A stretch of 61,622 bases of DNA, filler included, from Sluysia triapertura (lineage: Eukaryota), in assembly GCA_046118255.1 (NCBI GenBank). It is 5 parts of 5 records of this genome, joined end to end, with 100 filler letters (N's around TTAATTAATTAA, not from the genome) between each part and the next. Parts side by side here need not be neighbours in the genome. Positions count along the whole stretch, not along the records: positions 1 to 12,601 come from JBJNIA010095445.1; positions 12,702 to 23,794 come from JBJNIA010189009.1; 3 more parts are not named here. One strand, 5' to 3'. The translations under genes and the position numbers were made by a program. The notes below the pieces were generated by a model, which was not told the origin of the DNA, searched no databases, and worked only from the letters and a program-made list of their open reading frames with translations. Below, one piece after another: positions 1-12,921 of the stretch. How positions within the stretch are numbered: the first letter of the stretch is position 1; every line of letters starts with the position of its first letter.

Positions 1-539
1 TGATTTTAACTTATCCGTATTACGGTATAAGCAAAGTTAAAAATGATTTTACGTATGAGTTTACTTCTCCCTTTTTAAGGTGAGAAGGTTTCAAAACTTA
101 AAAAATATTAAACTTACTTTCATGGAATGATTTTACCGATGAGTGTTAATTTTTTACCAACTGACTATTGAGAAATTCCGTAAAAGTCAAAGACTTTTAT
201 ATAGAATTTCTCACCCGCCATATTGTGGTATAAAATTTGAATATTTCTCTCATTAAAACAAAATGTATTATTTTTTGGCTCAATAAAACAAAAATTTTTT
301 GAATTTAAATTTCTTAATATAACGAAATCTTTTAAATTTTGATTTTATAATATTTTATAACAATAAATATTTTACTAAATAATATTTTATTTAAAATAAA
401 TATTTTAATAAATAAATAAATAATCAATAAATAAAACAAATTACTATCATTAAATAACAAATAAAACAATTATTAAAATATAATAGTTAATCATTTTGAA
501 ATTTTCTGTTCATACTAATCACTTTGAATGAAATTTGAA

Positions 540-1400
540 ATGTTTTAGTTCTCACATATAAGTTGTCTGACTATGATGAAGCTGCATATTTGGATATTTT
601 GTATTTTTAAAAATCTCAACTTAAATGGCTGTAGAACTTTGCAATTCCCTTTTAAATTTCCCGTTTTTCAACAAAATAATCTAATTTTTAGCTAAAGATA
701 TTCCTTGCAGATCAACTAAATCTAAAAATGAGTTGATGAAATATTATAAGCGTCTTTGCAATCATCGGCATAGTTGCGAGGGGAAATGTTTAGTAGCTCA
801 TTTAAAGTTCTTCAAATAATTCACAGACCTCATCAATGTTCACATCTGAAAACCCATCACCTTCAAAATTAGAAACAACGGCTATTAGTTTTTTATATTC
901 ATCCTCCTGAGATGGGTTCTTCTTTCTGAAACATCTGATGCAACAAGGGTGTCCAACATGCATTAAGTATAGACTGTTTTAATTCTTTGCAAGCTAAATC
1001 TAAAACTGTGACACAGTCTAAAATAGAATACTCTTTCCAAGCTCGGATAAGCGTTAAATTTTTATCTTTTTCCAGTCTTTTGAAAATTATTTGAAATGCC
1101 AATCGTACGTAATATGCTTTAAGTGTTGAAATAAAACCTTGATCTATTGGTTGAATCAATGATATACAATTTTAAGGAAAAAATGCAATTTTTACATTAG
1201 GATGATCTAATTTTATACTGTGGCAGCAAGCATTATCAACAAGCAATTAAAGCTTAGATTTTTTTCTTAAGAAACTTCTGGAACAAAAAAATTATATAAC
1301 CAGTTTTCAAATAGATTCCCCATTATCCAGCCATTTTTATTTTCTCGTCAAAAGACTGGTAAGTTAGACTTATCTAGGTTTTTCATTGCTCTGGGATTAT
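540..1400 (-). mobile_element. Decayed pogo/Tigger (DDE_1) transposase remnant
   Basis: ORF 899-1159 begins IQPIDQGFISTLKAYY, matching the pogo QP.DQG.I...K..Y motif. Upstream broken frames give NPRAMKNLDKSNLPVF and ENKNGWIM..LFENW. Stops and frameshifts present; boundaries approximate. Confidence 0.8.
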
Positions 1401-3037
1401 ATAAATATAGGGTTCTATATTAAATTTAAAACAAAATTAGCATCACAATTTTATACAAATCAAGAGTCTATGCTTTTATTAATTTAATAGTCTGAATGAA
1501 GATTATATAATTTATTGTTATTTTTCACATTTTACCTTTTAATTTTAAAAAAAATAAAAAAGCCTATCAATTTCATTTACAAATAATGGAATGATACTGT
1601 CAGAGTAAATAACTGCTTTTTTATGTAGCCATTAATCTAAAGCAGCCTTTAATTTAATGCAATTAGATCCAGCTTAGAAATCTTCTTGCGTAACTAATTA
1701 AGAATAAATTCTTTAAATCGTGTAATATTGAAACACTGTTATAAAATTTGCAGATTTTGCATCGTGCTAAACAGTCTTAAATACACATGTTTTGTGATAC
1801 TGATGATTTTATAATACTAATCAGCAATATTCGATAAAAGATAGTATCAACATCATTAAAAATTATTTTGGTATCATTGGTAGTTGAATATTTTTTCGGT
1901 GGATTTACAATATGAATGATATCCATGTTTCTAGTATATGTTTTTGCGATGATTTTGTATAATGAGATGGAAACTTATTCATAGAAGTTAGGATATATTA
2001 TTGAACCCTTAGAGGCATAACCATGGTAAATATGGAACTAACATGGGTAGGTAACACAATATTATAACGTAATTTTACATAAATTATATAGTTGGTTTTC
2101 GGATTGAATAGCGGATTAAATATATTGAAATGCTAATCATTTTCTGATTATGTGACCATTAAAATTGAATTTGATTACTATTAAATTAATATTAAATAAA
2201 CTCCAATATTTAAAATGGTCATAAATATTGGTTACTTGGTTTTTAATATTAATTTAATGTAAGCGTAGAACACTGTTGTTTTTAATCAATAAATTCTAAA
2301 TCATTCAGTCTAGCATATCATCAAAAAATTTTGTAGTTGCGACTAAGGTATGCAGTCTTTTAAAACATTGTTTTTATGCATAGAAATAGTATATTTTGTC
2401 ACATTTTTTGTCACAATTATTTTTTGCTAGGCTAACAAATATTCCATCTTCACATGGTACTATAGCAGAAAGTCCTGACATAATTGATTCTTGAAGTGGC
2501 TGTAAATCGCTTAAGGTATTTTACATTACTGCTTATTACATCTAGATAAATAATCTGATTTCCGTTTTATTTTAACTAGCTCGAAATTTTGGAAAAGCTT
2601 AAAAGTTTGAAAATTTAAAGCAATTTGTTTCCACATGTGTTTTACTATCAATATCGCTTACGAAATTAATATTAGAATTATTTCGTATTAAATAAAAAAG
2701 TATCATTATCATTCGTATATAATTTTAAAATTAAATTGTAAATTAGAATGTTGTGTTATTAATTTAATTGGTAGCCTCGTTCATTATATTTGTTAAAATT
2801 CTGAATAGTCATGTGCTATAAACTAAACATTAAAGTATCATCGTACATGTTCTTAACGTACATATAGCTTTTCCAATCACTGATGTCTTTCCAAATTTAT
2901 CTAATGTACAACCAATATTTTACTGCTATGAAATTAACAATTTTTTGTTAATCATTTACTATTAAATACTTTATCAACAAATTGTAACAAATAGATTTTA
3001 ATTATTTTTTTCATTTGTTCAGTTTATTATAATTTAG

Positions 3038-3467
3038 ATGGTGGAAATCAAATTCTTTATGTGCACCTACTTCTGGTGCAACGGAAATTTCTTCAAATTC
3101 TCTTACTGTTACAGAATTAGCGGGAGTATTTTTGGTACTTATTTGTGGTCTAGTTATATCCGTGTTGGTTCTTTTTGTTAAAATTATAATATTGAAATGC
3201 AAACCACATCTTCATTTACAAAAGTGCTGCCGAAATTTATTCAAGAATTTACCTTTAACTTCTGAAGAACCAATTCCCAAATATACTCCAAAAAGCACTT
3301 TAAATAGAAATGTAACCAGTCCAAATAATACTGGAACATTCCCATCAACCTCAAGCACACCACCATCACCAAATCTTATTTATGATATGAATTTTATGAC
3401 ATCACATGATCAAGTTGTAACTAGATTATTACCAAATACAAATCCTCAAAATGAAACCAAAATCTAA
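3038..3467 (+). CDS. Ionotropic glutamate receptor, terminal exon (end of S2, M4 helix, cytoplasmic tail)
   Basis: Acceptor ttag at 3034-3037, then phase-2 frame WWKSNSLCAPTSGATEISSNSLTVTELAGVFLVLICGLVISVLVLFVK, matching the iGluR pattern KWW...C...L....AGVF..L..GL. Stop at 3465-3467. Upstream exons not recognised. Confidence 0.8.
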
Positions 3468-4939
3468 AACATTGTTTGTTTGGAATATATTTCTTGTTAA
3501 TTTTCTGTATTTTATGTTGTTTATGTTGTAGATTATCTTATGAAAATTTGAATTTTTATGATAATAAATTTATTCATTCAGAAACAATCCAAAATTATCG
3601 CTAATAGTAAGTATTATTTTTTTACATTGTACTCATTTCGAAATTCGTGCTACTTAGTTTTTTTTAATGGAAAATAATATTAATGGAAGAAATTGTAACA
3701 AACAAACCTGAAACCTTGTTTTACATACTTCTTTGAAACATTTAATTCTTTTTAATCACTTTATGGATATTTATTTAACAAGATCGTTTCATTTAATTAT
3801 TTTAATACCTGGATCGAAACGATTTGTGTGTCAGCTGTAAGGATGGAAGTAACAATTTAAATATCACTAAGTGAGCTTTTATTCTTTCTAAAGCAAAACT
3901 TCAAAGAAGATATTTAAATAAATTTTGAAACAATTTTTATTAAACGAATTTTTACCTTTAATTCGATTTTAATATTATTTTTTACTTAATACTTTAATAA
4001 TTTGTTTAATAAAAATTTCAACTTTTTAATGTCGAAAAATATTTATATTTATAAATGTTTTCAATCAATTAAAACAATAAATTTTTCGATTTCTAATTTT
4101 CTAGATCGTAAACAGTTGTAAAATTTTGATCTCTAAATGATGTAACTCGTAAACGTGTTATAAATATATATTCAATCAATTAAATCACCTAATAAATCGT
4201 TCAACTAATGTTTGCCGTACCACGTGTAATTACGACGCTTAGAAATTAATATTAATAATTGTGCCGAGTGGATTTGCGTTGTGTGACTTTTATTATGCAT
4301 TGGGGCCAATAAGATATAACTGTAAAAGTTTTTCGATTTCTGTATTGTAATTTTACTACAGCCAGTTATGTTTTTTCTACATTACAGAATTTCTTACTAA
4401 GGCTAAAATAATTCTTCATTTTTTATAATGATTTTTATTATTATAGTTAACATTTTCCTACATAGATTATGTTTCCATGATTATACAAAATTATGTAATA
4501 ATTTATTTAATAATAATTTAATAATAATTATGTAATAATTTATACAAAATTATGTAATAATTTATTTTACCGTTTCCATGATGATTTAATAATGTACGTA
4601 GTTTTGATTTGACTTTTTAGAAATTTTTTAGTTTTTTAACTATTTATTGTATTTTTGATTATTATATTTTAATAATTTAATTTATTTTCGAATAATTAAT
4701 TCAAATAAGTGTCAAAGTATATATCTACTTTACAAATTATTAAGAATGTAGTATTAAAATTTTTATTTGAACTTCTTGAAACATTTTTATGTTGAAATCT
4801 CTTGAAAATGATCATTCATTCATTATTGTTTCCACTGAAGCTATTTTAATGCTTTTTAGAAGCTTGGATATCGAAAGAGTTATTTTAAATTTATTAAGAT
4901 TTTATCAAATATTATAAATTGTTAGTGAAAGTTTCGTAA

Positions 4940-5250
4940 GAAAACATGTTTTATACCAAAAATTAAGTTATAACTAACGGAAGATTTGTTTTCCTTTAAA
5001 TTTCAGCGAAAACAACTTCATAACCTCTTATCTTTCACAATGACAATTAAAAATTACGAAGGAGAAACTTTTAACAAAGTGGCAATTTAACTGGAATCTC
5101 CCATTTTTGCACCCGCACAGTTATATTTGATCTTGTCTCGGCCAAATCAGTGCATTAGTTAAATATTCAACGATAAAAAATATTTCTTATAGAATAGAAT
5201 TTTAGTTTATTTAATTGTATAAAGTATTCGTGCAAATGCAGCACGTATCA
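4940..5250 (+). mobile_element. Helitron remnant: PIF1-type helicase C-terminus plus 3' hairpin
   Basis: FIPKIKL*LTEDLFSFKFQRKQLHNLLSFTMTIKNYEGETFNKVAI*LESPIFAPAQLYLILSR follows the Helitron consensus FIPRI...PF.F.R.QFP...FAMTINKSQGQT...VG..L..PVF.HGQLYVA.SR. CGTGC/GCACG hairpin at 5229-5245. Confidence 0.7.
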
Positions 5251-5864
5251 CAATAAAGTTAACATAAATAAAGTTAAGTATCCCAATTAAATGTTTTAAC
5301 CAATAAATGTTAAATTACATATCATGCAAATACTAATTAACATTTAACGTTATANNNNNNNNNNNNNNNNNNNNNNNNNNNNNNNNNNNNNNNNNNNNNN
5401 NNNNNNNNNNNNNNNNNNNNNNNNNNNNNNNNNNNNNNNNNNNNNNNNNNNNNNNNNNNNNNNNNNNNNNNNNNNNNNNNNNNNNNNNNNNNNNNNNATT
5501 AATATTATAATTACTATTATAATTGTCAGATTTTGCTAGTTTCTCCTGACACCAAAGTGTGGAGGGCAAGAAATATTTTTATTTATAAAACTTAAAATTA
5601 TTTTTCTTTTTCTTTTTAATTTTATTAAAAATTATCTTAACTAAATAACTTACAACTAAATTACAATGTTTTAAAATTATCAATTTTATCTTTAACAACA
5701 TAGGCTTAAGGCCTGTAACAATTAAAAAAAACAAAACTAATAAATTTAATATACCGGCAAAATGTGTTACTGTGTAAAAAATAAAATTTAAACAACAATA
5801 TAATAAATACATAACTGTAACTTCAAATGTAAAATACTGTATAGTGTTTTCAGTTCGTTGCAGA

Positions 5865-6173
5865 TCACGAATTTTCAAAATTCTCAGAGATAAATAAGAC
5901 AAACAAAGCTCCTTGTGCTACAGAACCACCATCATTAGTTTCAGTTACATCATCACGTACAAGAGATTTCATAGTTTCTGTGAAAGAATAGTTTTTTATG
6001 TCATCTTTATCCATATATGACGATTCTGCAATATTCGAATTGAATTTGGAGTAGACTATTTTGAAGATATCATTTAAACTTAGACCATACGGATTTGAAA
6101 CTACTTGAGTGGTATGAGCAACAGGCATATGTTGAATGAGAAGAGCATAATGACGTAGTTTTTCTTGCATTTC
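5865..6173 (-). CDS. Candidate exon of unidentified minus-strand gene or pseudogene
   Basis: tgtag acceptor then phase-0 open frame EMQEKLRHYALLIQHMP...; phase-compatible with 6853-7050. Confidence 0.45.
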   Translation of the reverse strand, partial: EMQEKLRHYALLIQHMPVAHTTQVVSNPYGLSLNDIFKIVYSKFNSNIAESSYMDKDDIKNYSFTETMKSLVRDDVTETNDGGSVAQGALFVLFISENFENS

Positions 6174-6852
6174 CTACAATCATCAAAATGAACGATTTGG
6201 TTATTATTAACTGACACAATTTAAAAATATTAATAAATTACTTTATTTCAATGTTAGAAACATAAAAGTGAATTTTAAAATCGTAAATATAAAGAAACGA
6301 TAATAAGAATGCTTTTTTGCTTATATAGTTAAATGAATTATATTTTTGTAAACATTTTCTTTGCATTTTTATTATATAAAAAACGTACTAATGTATGATA
6401 AATGTCGCAGAGGATACGCAAGCAAATTTTTATCAGTTGTTTTCAGGAATTAACAAAATTGAAGAATTAACTAAAGAATCTAACTTTGTGGTTAGAAGAT
6501 ATAAAAATTTCATAATTATGTATGGCTTAAGCGTAAAAATAAGACGATGTGATGACCAAAATTTTAAAAGATAAAATAAAAATTAATGAAGTAAAAAAGC
6601 TTTATTGTCTTAAAAGGTAAAGTTAAATTACATAATTTAACTTGATTTCTGCATTTGATAAAAAACATTAAAGATTTTCTAAATAATATGAAGTTTTCCA
6701 GTCTAACTACCACAATACAACTGAAAACACAACAGCTCCAGCGTAACATCAAAGAAATGCAGTGTTGTAATAAATAATTAAATAATTGTATTCCAAGAAA
6801 TAACTTATTTATTAACTTTCAATAATTTAAAGCATTAATTAAAACAAATTAC

Positions 6853-7050
6853 TTTTGGATTGTCCAATTTAACAAAATAAGAAAAGACAATTAAAGCATC
6901 GTCAAGATAATTTCTAGCTCGAAGTTTCTTCAAATAACTCACAACAATTAAATCTTTTGTTGGTTTATAATGACGATGACTTAACCAGGTTGCATTTTTT
7001 AAAAGAGCACGATTATACAAATCCTTTCCCCACCTGTCGGTTAGATTTGT
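6853..7050 (-). CDS. Candidate internal exon (66 codons) of unidentified gene
   Basis: tttcag acceptor and gtaatt donor, phase 0/0, open frame TNLTDRWGKDLYNRALLKNATWLSHRHYKP...DNPK. Confidence 0.55.
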
Positions 7051-7289
7051 CTGAAATTAATACTAAATATTAAATATATTCAATTTCAAATCAATATCAA
7101 AACATTTTCTGGAAACGTTATAAAATTCTTGAAATAATTCTTTTTATCGAATGTGTCAAAATTTACTCTTAAAATTATTATCATTATTTAATCGATTTTT
7201 CCACAATTAAATCTTAAAAATTGTATAAAATTATCTACCATTTAATTATTTACACCATATCATCAATTATAGATAGAATGAAAAAATCA

Positions 7290-7455
7290 AAAATGGATTG
7301 CAAGTGCTGTGGTTTTCTAACACTTAATTTACGGCAAAATATTTTTGAGCAAGATTCAGTTGCCGTAAGCGTCTTACAACGTATCGTTGACGCTTCTGTA
7401 ACTAAAAGATCACTTAAAAAAATAACTAACAAATTATTCGTAGAGCGTCTTACAA
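7290..7455 (-). repeat. Dispersed repeat, probable LTR fragment (second copy at 45545-45720)
   Basis: Minus strand CTCAAAAATATTTTGCCGTA-AA-TTAAGTGTTAGAAAA recurs at about 45653-45688 on +; the copy starts TGTAAGAC. Confidence 0.65.
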
Positions 7456-7901
7456 TTACTAAATAATTAAATAACATAAAGTATCATTCTTTTATTAAAA
7501 ATACAAAAAATTCAAATAGTTCAGAAATACAATGAAATAATAGATTACAAGAATAAAAATAATTAATTCACAGATTAAAGCTCCGTGAACCTTTAATCAG
7601 GTGTTATAAGAATTTACGTGGAGTTTATCCCTCAATATGTCGGGACTTAAAAAATCTTAATAAATTAACATAAAATTTGAGTGGAGTTTGATTTTAACTT
7701 CAAAAGTTAATATCTCCCTTAACAAATATATAAATTAACAAAAATTTGTTCGATGAAAAATTACGATGAATTGCGACGATTACTAAATTCACGATTATCT
7801 TGAATTTCGCATAAAATTACCAAATTTTGTGATTACCAAAATGACGATTTTCATTGCAAGGTGCTAGTATATATACTAGTCATCATCCAATGAAAATCGA
7901 T

Positions 7902-7941
7902 AGAATGTTCTAAAATATTCTAGAACATTCCAGAAGCTTCT
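7902..7941. promoter_or_regulatory. Heat-shock element array (8 alternating nGAAn/nTTCn units)
   Basis: aGAAt gTTCt aAAAt aTTCt aGAAc aTTCc aGAAg cTTCt: 7 of 8 units perfect. Function untested. Confidence 0.6.
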
Positions 7942-8813
7942 ATTCTATTTTTAGAAGCTTATTTTTTGTTTTAGAAAATTTATTTTCTTTTTTGGAAAAT
8001 AATTATTTTTTAAGTAATTTTAAAAATTATAAATGGTTTTAAGATGTTTTATATGCTTTTAATTAATATTTTAAATATTTTTGAATAAGTTTAAGGTGTC
8101 ATTTTAACATTTTCGAATTATTTTATAGGGTTGCGATGACAACTTAACACAAAGATCAAATAAGATAGATGAAGAATGTTCTCAGAATCATAATTTGAAA
8201 CTGATGATGAATTAGATTACTTTTTTTGAAAATTATCATTAAATCGATAACGAACTAACTCATCAAACAGTTATGATGAAGAAGAATATGAGTAGAATAT
8301 GAGTAGAAGATTTTGTTGACAGAGTTTTAGGATAAAGATAATGAAGAAAACAATGAAAGACAAAATACTGAAATCGAAGCAAGACGACAAAACACCTTCA
8401 AACATTTATACAAAGTAGAACATTATGAAGGAAGCATTTCATACACACATTCTATAAAAAATGAAAGATTTTAAAAAATACTCGTAAGAAACACATGCAA
8501 TTCACCACTAAATAAAAATGTATAACTCATATATAAATAATGCAGTGGAATTTTGTAAAATAATTGCAAAAATAAATTGACACTAATTTAAAAATTGGCA
8601 TTTGTCATACTATTTCTAAAACAGAATGAACTTTTTAAATAATTCATAATTTTTCTCCTTTTTATTGTAGATTTTTGTAACTTATCACTAAATAACTATC
8701 ACTGCATATTCTGTATAAATTTTTATATCTTACGACATTAATTTTAGTTTCCATGAAATATTTAATTTATAATAAATTTTCAATTAAAAAAGAAAAATCT
8801 AAAAAAATCTTAC

Positions 8814-9203
8814 TTTTTCATAAATCTTAAAAGTTTTCATTTGTTCTTGAGCTATATATAAAATGGTAAAACGTCTTACAACTTTAGTGTATAATTCCAT
8901 TTCATCCGATGACGATTCAATTTGATTAATATCCATATCAATTTCATATATGTAAACTAAATAATTCAACAAATGTATAAATAATTTTATATTATTTGTA
9001 TACAAAGGAATATTTAAAGTTATTTCATTTACTGCATATTTTCCACTTTGAGCTTGTAACTCTTTAAATATTGATTGTTCATCTACAGCTATAGAATAAT
9101 TAGTTTTAGCTACCAGCAATGATGTTAAACCCTGAGTACTTGAAACCGATTCTTTATTTGGTGTTAAATAACGAAGCGTTTCTGTATCTGTATCCAAGCA
9201 ATT
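8814..9203 (-). CDS. Candidate internal exon (130 codons) of unidentified gene
   Basis: ttag acceptor and gtaaga donor, phase 0/0, fully open NCLDTDTETLRYL...KIYEK in very AT-rich DNA. Confidence 0.5.
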
Positions 9204-10580
9204 CTAATAACATAAACAATATATTATTAATAATGTTTTTGGAAAACTATAACGTATCCCACAAAAAGTGTCGGACATGAACAATAGAAAATTAGTTACG
9301 ATAACAAACCTATAATGCTATATCAAACAATATATTTCTTTCACTAGAGTTTTTCAAACAGAGTTAAAATATAATTAATCAAATGATCATCAACTTTCTG
9401 AAGCAGCTCAGAATGTTCTCTTTTTGACAAGCATTAAATGAAGTATTAACTCGTCAAAATTCAAATATCCTTTCATAATTAACAGTGATGCCATCATACG
9501 AAATTTAATGACAAAATTTTACAACTATTTGGAAGCCATGTTCTTTCATTTAGATGATTTAGGGCAAATCTCATCATAAGCATAAACATTAAATCATGCA
9601 TTTTTTCTGGTCAGTTCCTCAACTATTTCCAATGCAAAGAACATTTAATGGTTTTTCATAAGAAAATTAAATGTCAATTAAACATGCATATGCAAAATTT
9701 ATAATTGTATAATCCAAATTGTATAATATGATTACTAAATCTGACCTTGAAAATGGACATTTTTAATGAACATACATTATTCATCAGTGAATAGAAACAA
9801 AGCCTGTATGAAAACGTTTGAGTTTTTTTTATTTTATATTAAATTTTTTAAAACGTATATATCCGTTTGTACTATTAATATTTCATATTCTTTACGACTT
9901 AAATGTCATCAAAAATGTGCCCTTTAGACTGTAGAACATTTTGATGAAATGTTAAATTTTAAATGTTAAAAATTATGAAATAATGACCAAATAAATAAAA
10001 ATGTTTCACTTAGGGTATTAATCATTTTAAGTTTTTGTTTCTCATTCCACCCATTTGATATTATTTGATATTTTGAGATATATTATTACTTGTTGTATGA
10101 TATCACTTTATGTTATTTATTTAAAACATTTATTATTTCCATTTTTATTTATGTTAAAAAGACATTAAAACTTAATATTTTTTCAACCTACAACTAGGTG
10201 GTTTTCGGTATTTTTACTCACAACGAACTCTTAATTAAATTGATGGTGATTCTTTATTATCAAAGTAAAAAATTATCAAAGCAATTCTCCTTTTCCGCAC
10301 AATATCCATGAGAATGAAAATATGTTAAATTAAGAATGTTCTTTGTGACTAAAACTCGTTTAAATTTTAAATGAAATTCATAAATAATCAACTAAAGGTT
10401 GCACAGCTTCTAATTATGTGTCCCAACAGAAAAATACGAGAGATAATTAGGCTATCTTTTAGAAATTGTCTATCATAATTCTCTACTTTGTAACTTTCTT
10501 TTTCGATAGATGAAAATAGGACAATCCTCCAAAAGCGGCCCTAGTGTAATATTTGTTAAGTAAAAATTAATATAAGACCT

Positions 10581-10604
10581 GTCTTATTTTCGGGAAACAC
10601 GATA
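10581..10604. mobile_element. Isolated Tc2/pogo-like terminal inverted repeat followed by TA
   Basis: GTCTTATTTTCGGGAAACACGA+TA is the reverse complement of a CCGTGTTTCCC(C)GAAAATAAGAC-type end. Partner end not found. Confidence 0.55.
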
Positions 10605-10825
10605 GTTAATACTAATAATAATATTCTAATTATAATTATAATTATAAATCCATATATTCAACAATGAATTATTGTGACACTCAGAATATAATACAAATTA
10701 GAAATCAATCCAGTACATTATATTTATATACTGTTTAATTACTGAATGACACAATATCTTTATTTAATTTCAATTAATTCGCTTAGTTGGTATTACTGCT
10801 TACACAAGTATTTTGGATTCAATTT

Positions 10826-10917
10826 AATAATAATGATTATTATTACTATTATAATTACAATAATAATAATCACAATAATAATTACAATATTAAAAATAAT
10901 CATAATCATAACAATAT

Positions 10918-10970
<53 letters not shown>
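10826..10970. repeat. (AAT)n microsatellite, degenerate grading to pure
   Basis: Directly visible; explains the poly-I and poly-N ORFs. Confidence 0.95.
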
Positions 10971-10971
<1 letters not shown>

Positions 10972-11077
10972 TATGTTCCATTATTTTTATTTGATTATTA
11001 TTTTATTTTTTCTTCGTAATATTTTATTATTACGTTTCTAATGTATTGTTTGTTCTTATGTGTAACTTTTTCTGTTT

Positions 11078-11638
11078 GAGCGCCCCGGGTAAAACAAAAT
11101 TTGGCGTTCTTTCGTACAAGAATATACAAGTTTACTGTAAATTAAAAAATAGTAAAAGGGCAAAAAATCAAAATTAGACAATAGGTAACTATGTAAAAAC
11201 ATTATTTATTTAAAAACTAATACAATAGTTATTTACTTACAAGTGATACAACATATGGAATAACGTAACGAGCGCATATGAAGTTTGAGCCACGAAGGAA
11301 CGAGTACTTTGAAAAGTAAGTTATGCTTTTCCTGTTGTATACATGTGGCATAAGATTTTTTGTAATGTTATTTATCAAAAATCCAATAACATAGTTAATT
11401 AAATTAATTTTTTTCAAAATCAGTTTGTTAACAGTTTACAATATTAAAATAATTGGCGTTATGACCTTTTTATTTGGTATTATTAAAGAAAAAAATTTAT
11501 TGCTAAAAATTGCTAAAAAAAATTTATCAAATCTAAAAACATAATGAATATAAAAAATATTATATTTCTGTATTGGTGACCCTTAAAATTTGGCGCCCGA
11601 GCAGTCACCCGGCTTACCCGCCCTTTTATCGAGCGTTG
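11078..11638. mobile_element. Probable non-autonomous DNA transposon (hAT-like MITE)
   Basis: GC-rich ends sharing GCGCCC and AAAATTTGGCG motifs flank an AT-rich middle. Confidence 0.4.
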
Positions 11639-12543
11639 TATGTTGTAAGGTTTTTTTATTTGAAATTGATAATAATTAATAAAGCTAAGAAATTAGATTT
11701 CGAAAGTAGCATATTTTTGATGTTATATATTTATGTGACACGTTAGTATATTTAGGAATTATGTTTGATGCTGAAGGATGGTGTGATGATGGAAATGTTG
11801 GAAATGAACTATTGTTAAGCAACTGGATTTTATCGAATTTGATTTAGTCTCGTTTATGTTACTTAAAAATTTTGAGATGTGAGACTGATTATTTATATTA
11901 TGTATTCATGAAAAAATTCTTGGTATGAATTAAAATATGACTTTATATTCTCATACCATAAATTTTCGTTTATATCTCAATGTACATTATATAAGAATCT
12001 ATATTCATTCATTTCTTTGTTAAGTGAATTTAATCTCAGTTTTATAACTTTCATCATGTTTGATCTTAAACTTTAGAATTGCTCTTTTTTACTTTTTATT
12101 ATTTATTGATTTCATGGAAATATAATTCAGTTTCGAATTTCGGTTGAGATTTATTTCAATCTCAATAAGAATCGAGGAAAGTTTATTTCAAACCCCATCA
12201 CATACATTAATTAAATTAATTGTATTTGATATATGGCTCAATCTCATAAACTTTATGCTACTGGGATCTAGATTTACCCGAAACTTGTTAAGACTAAAAT
12301 GATAGAATAACGCATAAAAACTTACGATTGCTTCTAAGTACTACGGAAAATTTTCATTGTGTTTAAATACCTAAACATTAACTAAAACACAAGAAATTAT
12401 TGTTTATTGCAAACATTAGCTTCTGAAAAAGTACCTTCGGATTGCATTTTATTGATAACATTTATTAAATGTGGCGAAAAAATTCCCAACTTTTAGGTTT
12501 TTTGAATTTAACCGGGAATTACCAATGTAAGCAGATAATATGC

Positions 12544-12601
<58 letters not shown>
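12544..12601. repeat. (AGT)n microsatellite at contig end
   Basis: Directly visible. Confidence 0.95.
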
Positions 12602-12701
12602 NNNNNNNNNNNNNNNNNNNNNNNNNNNNNNNNNNNNNNNNNNNNTTAATTAATTAANNNNNNNNNNNNNNNNNNNNNNNNNNNNNNNNNNNNNNNNNNN
12701 N
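12602..12701. other. Artificial assembly spacer
   Basis: 44 N + TTAATTAATTAA (stop in all six frames) + 44 N. Confidence 0.95.
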
Positions 12702-12921
12702 AGTTCAGTCAACGATGATGTACCAGAATGTAATAAAGTAGAAGTTGAGGATGATGCATGTGTAAATATTGCAGAAGTTCCAGTTAAAATGAATGAAACA
12801 AGTTATACAAGTTCAGTCAACGATGATGTACCAGAATGTAATAAAGTAGAAGTTGAGGATGATGCATTTGCAGACATTGCAGAAGTTCCAGTTAAAATGA
12901 ACGAAACGAGTTATATAAAAG
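12702..12921 (+). CDS. Exon fragment made of 108-bp (36-aa) acidic tandem repeats
   Basis: Units start at 12702 and 12810, both in frame (SSVNDDVPECNKVEVEDDAxxxIAEVPVKMNETSYx). Donor G|gtatt after 12921; possible acceptor ttccag at 12991. Confidence 0.55.

Noticed and set aside
2431-2515. Possible upstream iGluR exon or in-frame TGA recoding
   Set aside because: All three plus frames stop, there is no iGluR S2 similarity, and no SECIS evidence was seen.
7221-7477. Overlapping ORFs on both strands with inverted repeats
   Set aside because: The sequence is a dispersed repeat also found at 45545-45720, where the frames are not kept.
10746-11041. Poly-Ile and poly-Asn ORFs (also poly-Ser at 12469, poly-Tyr at 25980, poly-Ile at 35632)
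   Set aside because: Translations of trinucleotide microsatellites.
12646-12657. TTAATTAATTAA recurring at about 12-kb intervals as a biological repeat
   Set aside because: Always centred in a fixed N-run; it is an assembly spacer.
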